Shown here: in pieces, positions 11,201-20,776 of the stretch | Layout of the letters: the number at the start of each line of letters is the position of its first letter | Numbering within the stretch: position 1 is the stretch's first letter | From: Octopus bimaculoides | Lineage: Eukaryota | DNA length: 41,163 nt | NCBI RefSeq assembly: GCF_001194135.2 | Contig: NC_068984.1 | Span: 97,296,487 to 97,337,649 of the forward strand | Direction: 5' to 3' | Made by a program: the position numbers and the translations under genes | Notes under the pieces: model-generated | Databases searched by the model: none | What the model was told of the DNA's origin: nothing | What the model saw: the letters and a program-made list of their open reading frames with translations, nothing else

Positions 11201-14200
11201 GAGTGCAGTTTCCAATTTGACTCAGTTACTCCATGTCCATTAATAAGTCCCAGGGGCAATCACTGTCTGTCGTTGGACTTTACTTAGCCGAACCATGCTT
11301 TTCACACGGTCAACTGTGCGTTGGTTGCTCAAGAGTGGGTTGTAGGAACAGTTTACATGCCTTCATCCTCCAGGGGAAAACTAAAAATGTTGTTTATAAG
11401 GAAGTTTTGTAGACTTGCCATACTGGTGCCATATTTCAGTCCTACGTTATTGCTGTTATAATTTTTGTTGCTTTATTTTTTCGCTTGATTGTTGTCATAA
11501 TATTACACATGTGGTTCCCTAAAAGAGTTACGTAGGTGTTAGTCTTGCCATAAAGCATGAAAGGTACTTAAGGGAGGGGTATGTTAATCGCTTTATTAGT
11601 TAAAAAGCCTTTTTGAACTAATGCACCCTGGCAACACCGGGTATGCCTGCTAGTTTTATTTAACTTAGGATTGAACGTAAGTATTTATTGAATTGATTAG
11701 TTTCAACATCACAAAGTGCTGCAAAAGAGGAAGTTTGTAGTTGAGTCAATCTTTACTGTTTAAATATTTCAGTTCAGTTAATTTTTTTTTTATGACCCAA
11801 AACTCATACACATTGTTTTATGGGTTTCTGTCATTGAACTGAAGCTATGCAGAGGAGCCATCTTCAACCTGCCTGTGAAACACTGATGATGATATGTATG
11901 TCAAACAGTGTTAAGGGACACAAATATATACACACACACACACATCTATATCTATAATACTGTTTATATATATATACATAAATATGTATGTACAGACACA
12001 CACACACACCATCATCATTATCATTTAATGTCCACATTCCATGCTGGCATGGGTTGGAGGGTTTGAACAATGGACTTCTGCCAAATTCACACTCAAGGCA
12101 TTGGTCAGGCCAGGGCTATAGTAGAGTAGACTTACTCAAATCCAAAACAATTGGATGTCAAAACAAACTTTTTAACCACTCAGCCATACCTGTGCCAAGT
12201 TTCTTGTGCAGTATGTCATGAACTAGTCACTTGCATAATAAATTAATTAGTAGGGTGAAGTGTCATCTGTTACAAGGGCTGAGAGGATGCTCTTGAATAT
12301 GTTGATGTTTTTATAGCAGAAGCTGTGGAAGATTTGGTTTAGAAATTCCAGATGTGAAAGCAAAACCTAGAACTGAGGGACCTTAAAATAAATTTAGCAA
12401 AGTTTTAGTAAGCAAGAAAGATGACAGAATTCTGCTACCATCAGATAAAACAACTATGCTTGACAAGCAATAAACATTCAATATGGTATACTGAGCATAA
12501 ACTATGGATGCAAAAGAGTGTAGTAGGATTATAGGCAAGTTGGCAGAGAAGGTAGGTCAATGATCAAAAGTATTCCAGTCATGACCATCTTGTACCTTTT
12601 CAGACTTGTCCCTCCTTATTTATGACAATAGGATGTGATTTGAAGGAGACTTCATTGTTCTTTCTAGTAGGATAGCTACAAGTAGTTGGCAAATGATTAA
12701 TGGAATGCTTAGCTAGCTTAGCATAAAATACCTCGAGTATGAAAGAGTAAGTAAGTAGAAGTTACGTTTTATCATGAGGAAAACATTGATAGTATGTGGG
12801 GAAACACGTATGGAATCAGCGATATGAAATAGCGAGAACTATTGGTATTAGCTGTTCATAATGATTTCTAACATAAGTGCAAGGCCATACATCATGAGGA
12901 AGAGAACAGTCAAAACACTTTGAACCCAACAGAATGAAAAGTATAAGTGCCTTTGGCTGGAATTGAGCTTAAAGCATAACAGAAATTTTCCTTGTTTTTC
13001 ATAATGCTAAATATTTCAGCTTGTGTAACAGTTCAGTGTAAAACCACAGAGTTGTTGTTGACAATTATTAGTCAATTGAAAGAAACAACTCTGAATATCT
13101 TCCTGTGTCAATAAAATAAAGATTAGTAATATACTAGGATGTGATTAAAAATAGTAAATCAATCTTGATAACTGCTAGTTATTTGTTGTTCTTATACTGC
13201 TACATACTCAATCACAATGTGTGTTATTGTCATTACTTTACACATTATGCCTTACAGATCAATACCAATATCTTCAGAAGTGATCAGGCATATTCATTTA
13301 ATTATTTCCTTGCTTCTTAAATAGAGCCATTTAATCCAAGATTATTGTGAAAGCAGTTCATCTATAAGTTTACTAAGGTGCAATAGAAAACATTAAAAAG
13401 TCAGTGGAGATGAATATAAGTGTTTCATCATTACCATGATTTTTCTGGGGTTTCTTTTACTATGTTGTGATAAGTTAGTCTGCTCTATCACTACTTTATC
13501 TGTCACTCATCTTAATTTTATATCTCTTGTGTGTCACTCATCTCAATCTTATTTTGCTTGTCTGTGAAGCCCAATATTTCAATACCTGACTGCACTTTTT
13601 CTGATTTCTTCCTTGTACTTTCTATGTTGTAATTACCTTCAATTGTCAGTAAATGCATCATTTTTACTTATCCATATCACTTGTTCTCATTGCTGTCATC
13701 TCTCATGTACCTAAAAAATGATTCTTTTAATCTCCAGCCATTCTCCTACATCATTTTGGCCTTTTCTACCATGCTCAGCTTAACATTTCAATGCAACAGG
13801 TCATACCTGTCTTCATTCACACACACTCAGTTCTTTATCTCATACTGTCTGTTTTGTGTATGAAGAAAGAAACCCTTCGTTACCAACAGAGGTAACATCT
13901 TCCTAAACATTTTCTACCCTTACCTTACTCTAGCTACTTTCACCACAACATTGGCTAGTACTACTAACTGGGTCACTAATGAAGTAGAAACCATCAACCA
14001 AATCTAGTTTGGCTGCTTTTACTACTAATTACTCCTGGTTCTCAGACAGTCTGTCAGAGATTTCACCATCACCTAATATCTCTTTAGATATCATGCCAGC
14101 ATAAATCTCAGATATTACAGACATTTTGTTTGTAATTGAAACTTTAATATTTGCCATTAGGTCTTTAATCTGCAAACTATTCCTCTATTTTTGGAACTTT

Positions 14201-17200
14201 CTCTAGTTCTTCAACAAATTATGCAATGAGAACTAGATTAATCATCTACAAGTCTTTTTCATCTGGAGCAACTACTAGACTACAATAGAGGAATGTACCT
14301 ATCTAAGTGTTGTCCTTCATTAACGTTCAAATATGTGTCAACTTTAAAGTTCTGTTCTTGATATTGTTTAACACATTACACTGTCAAATGTGGATGGTTT
14401 TGTATTTGTATTGTAATTAGCTCAACTCTGGCCACTGATAGCTGATTTGTCTCCCACCAACATACATTACATCAACTGCAACTTGTTTTGAACTTACATC
14501 CTTCTCGTCTCTCTTGTGAACTTCATCCTTCTCCACTGGTGATACAGTTTGGCTAAATCATCAGTATATCAGCCCTTGATGTACCTTGCATTTACCACCC
14601 ATACATAACAACTTTGCTGTATATAACAACCAATATTTTTAGTAGTTTCAACTCTTGTTCAACCTCATAAATTAACATTCATATATGCAATGAATGGATC
14701 CTACATAATTCTGCAAGTAATTCTCATTGATATACATATCTTTTTTATTGTCTGACTTTCATATACAAAAAGTAATGCCCTTTGTTGCAATTGTTGAAAT
14801 GTTTTCTATTCACTGTATAATCCTAACACCATACTTATACCATTGTATACCCATACAGATATTATTCATGTTATTTAAATCCATCAGCTGTTGTAATAGA
14901 ACTATGTGTCTCTATTTTCATGAATCACTTTAAAAACAAAATTGTGGATGTTCCACAACTCTTTTATCTTCCAGTCTGTAACAGCTGTGGAATCTTCAGA
15001 TGATCACAATAGTTATTGGCAGATACAACCCAAACCAGGAACCTCCTGTTTTCGAGGGTGAGTGGTAATGATCATCATTGTTATTGTTGTTTAGCCTCAG
15101 GTCAGACCAAATGGATCAGACATAATCAAAGGCACTCTAGCCTGGACCATTCTGTCCTTTTCTTAGCGGTTTCTAAGCTTGCACTGTATCTTTCCCACCT
15201 TTTTTTTTTATTAACATAGTGGGGCATAATTTGAGGAGCTTGGCTGTTATTTGTTACAGATAGAGCAACCATATGGTAGAATTTTCACCACTTTCTGTGG
15301 TAAATGTATTATCCCAATTATTTATTTCATCAAATCCATGGAAAAAGTTGTCAAAATAGAAATAACTTGTTTTCTATTTTTCATTTGTGTATCTTGCTTT
15401 GCTAATCATTTGGATTTCAATCCACTCCCCCACCCTGTTATTTCTTTCTTTGATCCATTAAGAATTGGTAGTGCTTTACAGCTGAATGCCTTTCTTACTG
15501 ACTCCAACATTGAAAATGGCATGACTAATGTCAAAATGTCTGTTAGATCTTTGTAAATCTTTTAACCAAAGATTCCAAACTGAAATTTGTGAACTACTAA
15601 ACCATTGTATGAGTGAAACTCCATGTTTGTCACATATCTTTGAGCCACCATGTTTCAGGCTTCCGTTTTTCAGTCACCTATTTGTTGTCATTCTGCTACT
15701 TATTTTATCCTTGGTGGCAGGAATATTAACCTGACCTAGGACTGATATGACCCAAGATACCATATTCTTTGAACTGAGAGAAGGTTCTTATTTTAGTGTG
15801 TTAGTTATTATTATGTGGTATTTCAACTCATTTTATTAATTGTGAAGTGATGACCTTCATTCTTTACCAGTAAATTATTTCATTGTCTATGTTTCAATGT
15901 GTTAATTTTCAAAGATGCATAGCCTAGTGGTTAGAGTATTGGGCTGACAATTGTTGGGTTGTGGGTTTGATTCTCAGAATGGGTATTTGTATCTTTCAGC
16001 AAGACACTTTATTTCTCCAGTCCACTCAGCTGAAAATGAGTATGAATAGCAGCAGCTGAGAGTTAACCCTTTGATGGATTGATTCCCTGTTCAGAGGAAG
16101 GAAGTGTCTTGTATTCTCAGTTGCTTTAACACCTCAGAAATCCGGATAGGCTCTAACCTAATATGCCTATCGGCTCATGGTAATCTTTTAGTGTTTTCTA
16201 ATGATAGTCATGCAATCTCTGTCTTAGTAGGTTTGAGTAAATATTTAACTACTCTCAAGAAGCAACTTTATTTGATATAAAGCTCTTATGTCTTTTTTAA
16301 TAGCCCTTTAATTACACATGTAATTCCACTACAAGTTTATTCAGATTTGAGAATTATCTCCCTTGCCTATCGTGATCAGATTGAAGAGTTGATGCAATAT
16401 TCATCTCCCATCAATGCATTGATAGTTTTGATTGGTTGAAGTTACCTAGCTCTGTACGTTGCATTATTACTGACTTAAAACTAAGAAGAAACTACCTTTG
16501 CTACTTAACTCCACTTTAAAAAAGTGATCAATAGATGCGAGCTTTCTTGTGCTTCTTTATTTAGCTAATTTCATCATCACTATGTAATGCCTGTTTTTGG
16601 TTAACATGAAATAGGCACTGTTTATAGTGTTTAGTGTCTGCAAGCAGTATAGTTGGTAAAAGGAGTGGGCATAATTGATAGATTTGTAAACACTTCTGGC
16701 AACAAAGGATTTCTCTCTTTGTGGAAAAGACAGTAAAGTATGGGGAACATAATATTTGCAGAGACTGGAGAAAACTGGGTCAAGTTGGATGTGTAAAATT
16801 AACTTACATGAAAGGCAGAATATTAGTGAGCTGGAAAACAGTGGATATTAAAAGTATTTGGTCAATGTAATAGGGGAAGAAGGAAGCTGATTTGGGGTGT
16901 TGGGTGACAAATCTGGACATTTTAAGCCTTATTAGATCTTCTCAGTGAAACATATAACTATCTCTCTCTTTCTCATTGCCCATATTGTGCTCAGCTCCCA
17001 GCCCCTACACTGACCATTACATCAAGTTTTTCCTCATTATATCTTTCCTGTAGGTGTCAACATGTCACAGTTTAAGCTGAATAATAATAGCATCAATCTC
17101 ACCAATCTAAGAGGGCTTATGAAGAATATGGGCATTGCTTCTTCATCTAGTCCCAGCAAGTAAAATAAAAAAAAATTAAACTCCATCTTTTGTAGTTTAA

Positions 17201-20200
17201 CATGTCAACTTTTACAATCAGTGTGAGTTCCTTAATCATTTATGTTTTCCAGGGTTCCAGTAAAATGTGACCAGACTATCCAACTGATGCATGTTGCTAC
17301 AAGAAGGAACTTGCATGGTCATCATTTTCGTTCCCCACTTTCAAATAATTTAGAAGTTAGTGCCTTTGGTGAAGATGGAGTAGGAGATGCAGGTGAATTC
17401 ATTTTAATGATGTTATGGTCTTATTTTTGAAAATATTATTGGTAATGTAAAGAGCTTCTAGATGAGGTTTGACCTTGTGTTGTTCATTCTATTTACTAAG
17501 AATTTATCATCAGGAAAAAAAACTCAGATAAGCTAAAAGAATTAGAGAAAATTGCTACAATACTTAAATGGATTAGGTTAGCATCGTCTATTTTGGAAGG
17601 TTGAGCAACTGACATAACACCACCAGTAAGATGTTAGCTTTAACAACTGACATAAGAACAGCATTAATGTGTTACTGCTAATAACAGACAACAACACCTG
17701 TAAAGAATTATCTCTAAAAACTGACATTACAATACCATGTCTGATGTATTGATGGTATAAATTTATTGATCTGCACCCTTCCTCAAATCTGTTGATAATT
17801 TAACAGACTTTGTTATATNNNNNNNNNNNNNNNNNNNNNNNNNNNNNNNNNNNNNNNNNNNNNNNNNNNNNNNNNNNNNNNNNNNNNNNNNNNNNNNNNN
17901 NNNNNNNNNNNNNNNNNNNNNNNNNNNNNNNNNNNNNNNNNNNNNNNNNNNNNNNNNNNNNNNNNNNNNNNNNNNNNNNNNNNNNNNNNNNNNNNNNNNN
18001 NNNNNNNNNNNNNNNNNNNNNNNNNNNNNNNNNNNNNNNNNNNNNNNNNNNNNNNNNNNNNNNNNNNNNNNNNNNNNNNNATATATATATATATATATAT
18101 ACGTTGCCAGTGCCCCTGGATTGGCTTGTGCGGGTGGCACATAAAAGACACCATTTCGAGCGTGGCCGTTGCCAGTATCGCCTGACTGGCCTTCGTGCAG
18201 GTGACACGTAAAAGCACCTACTACACTCTCTGAGTGGTTGGCGTTAGGAAGGGCATCCAGCTGTAGAAACTCTGCCAATTTTAGATTGGAGCCTGGTGTT
18301 GCCATCCGGTTTCACCAGTCCTCAGTCAAGTCGTCCAACCCATGCTAGCATGGAAAGCGGACGTTAAATGATGATGATATATAGAAAGATAGACAGATAA
18401 TCCTTTACTGACATGTATACCCATATCAGACCCCTGTCTAACATGTATTTCCATTACCATACTCTTCTAGGGGATGACTGGACAGTTATTTGTAAAACTG
18501 GAAATTGGTCCCGAGAAGAGCGTATCCGATTAAAAAATGTTGTCACTGGAAGGTAAGTGTTAATTTTCTTTTATTGCTGTTTTTGTTTTACAGTATAAAT
18601 AAAGTTAACCAATGCCAAAATAGAGGATGTTGCAGTTCTGTTGAATTTAACCCTTTAGCGTTCAGATTACTTAGTCAAATTAATGCTTATTTACTCATTG
18701 TTTTGGATTAATCATGCATTATCTCAGTTTAAATATTGAAGAGTTAAGAAAGATAGGAGTTGATTATAATGAAACAGGAATGAGTATAACGGTTTGTAAC
18801 AGCTACTCTAGAGATCTATTCAACCTATACAGACAGATATATGGTAAATAAGTAAAGACAGAAGCATTAATTTTTTAATGAAATTCTGATCCATTAATTC
18901 AGAAACAACTTTAATGCAAATCCATCAAAGACCATTTTATCAACCCATTTGTATTAAAATGTTCACATGATATTTAAAATCTCAGATGAAATCTTGTTAT
19001 TACATCAATAATATATTTAGTAGATACAAACCCTGCCATACCTTTATGTTAAATCTTGTTGTTCAGTTCCAAATACCAGCTTGATAAATACCATTCAACT
19101 GAAAAGTTGCTGATATACTAACCACACCTTCCAAATTTTTGATTATTTTGGAGATCAAAGGCTACATAAAAGTAGTGAAATGTTACTGAAACACACACAC
19201 ACACACGTGTATATGTGATGTGTCTGTATATATGTACTTATATATATGTTTATATACATATGTATGTATATGTGTGTATATTTAGATAGATACAGGTACA
19301 GGCATGATTGTGTGGTTAAGAAGTTAGCTTTGCAACCAAATGGTTTCCATCCCACTGTTGCATGTTGGGCAAGTAACTTTTACAGTATCCATTGGTTAAC
19401 CAAAATGTTATGAGTAAAATTTGTAGACTGACGTCCATTAGACCCAGGAAGACATGGAATGAAGTGGTGAGAAATGATCTTCAGATGTTGAACCTCACAG
19501 AGATGACAAGGTATCAAAACATCTGGTGATTTGCTGTGCTTGAGAAGACCTGTCAAGCTCAGTAAAATCATGGCCATTTATACATACAGGCATGTCCTTT
19601 ACAGTCATGCTCCCCCCCCCCAACACACTCATAATCTGTCCTTTATCAAAACTACACTGCAGCCCATTTTCCCCCCGTCCCACCACACGATTACCACCCA
19701 TTGTAGGCATCTCACTCTCCCTCACATATCTACATCATCCTACCTCCAGCCACTCTAATTTCTCAACAGTCATCACTAGCTACAGTTACCTTTTCTCCAT
19801 ATCTAAACACTCCCTCCTGACACTCTTATGAAACATTCTCCTCCTCCCCCCTCTTTAACATTTATATTCCGCACCACTACTGCTTTCTGTGGGTAGGCCC
19901 CAATACATCTCCAACACTATCTCTTTGCCTCTCTCACTCAGATTGCCTCTCTATCTTTTCCTCTAACTCTGTTTCTTCTTCCTCTCCTTTCTTTTCCTAT
20001 ATAAGAAATACTTGGTAACGAGTATTTCCTCTATAGTAAGATACCTCTATCTATCCCCCTATTACTCTAACTTCTCACCTTGCGCAAAGCCACTTTCCTC
20101 AGTACTGCTCCTTCTCCCAACTGAAAGGTCTTTATTTCACAGGTTATTTGGTGACCCCATTGGTGTTGGTACCAGGAAAAAAGTACCTGTACTGGTACCA

Positions 20201-20595
20201 TTTAAGAAGCACCCAATACACTGTAAAGTGGTTGGCATTAGGAAGAGCATCCAATCATAGAAACCATGCTAAAATAGATCATGGAGCCTGGTGCAACTCT
20301 CCAACTTGCCAGTTCCTCCCAAACCATCAAGCCTATGCCAGCAAGGAAGACGGACATTAAATGATATCAATAATGTTGTTTCAGCAGCGTTATTGTTTCT
20401 GTGTCCCCCATAGACAAAACATCTTGCTGCAATTTAGCATGCAAAGGCATGGATTAAAGTACGGCATTTGCAAAACAAGTAGGAGTTGGTATTAGGAAGG
20501 CATCTAACTGTTCAATACTACCTCAAGAAGTCTTCCTATGTCAGCATGGTAAAATTGAACATAAAAATGATGATTATGATAACTGTATGTATGTA

Positions 20596-20650
<55 letters not shown>

Positions 20651-20725
20651 ATATCGTAGCTCTTCACTCTGGCATTCGAAACTCAGAGTACTATAATGAC
20701 AACTTACTGTTTGTTCTAAATTATA

Positions 20726-20776
<51 letters not shown>

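Larger units (their letters stand above)
6870..11653 (+). mobile_element. Helitron, decayed but with both termini, in SDF2 intron 2
   Basis: 5' A|TC at 6869/6870; 3' hairpin ccctggcaacaccggg at 11626-11641, then CTAG|T at 11650-11654; Rep and helicase coding remnants inside. Confidence 0.92.

Noticed and set aside
17763-18305. Long ORFs spanning N runs (also 9611-10340 and 21354-21911)
   Set aside because: Their length is an artefact of X translation across assembly gaps.
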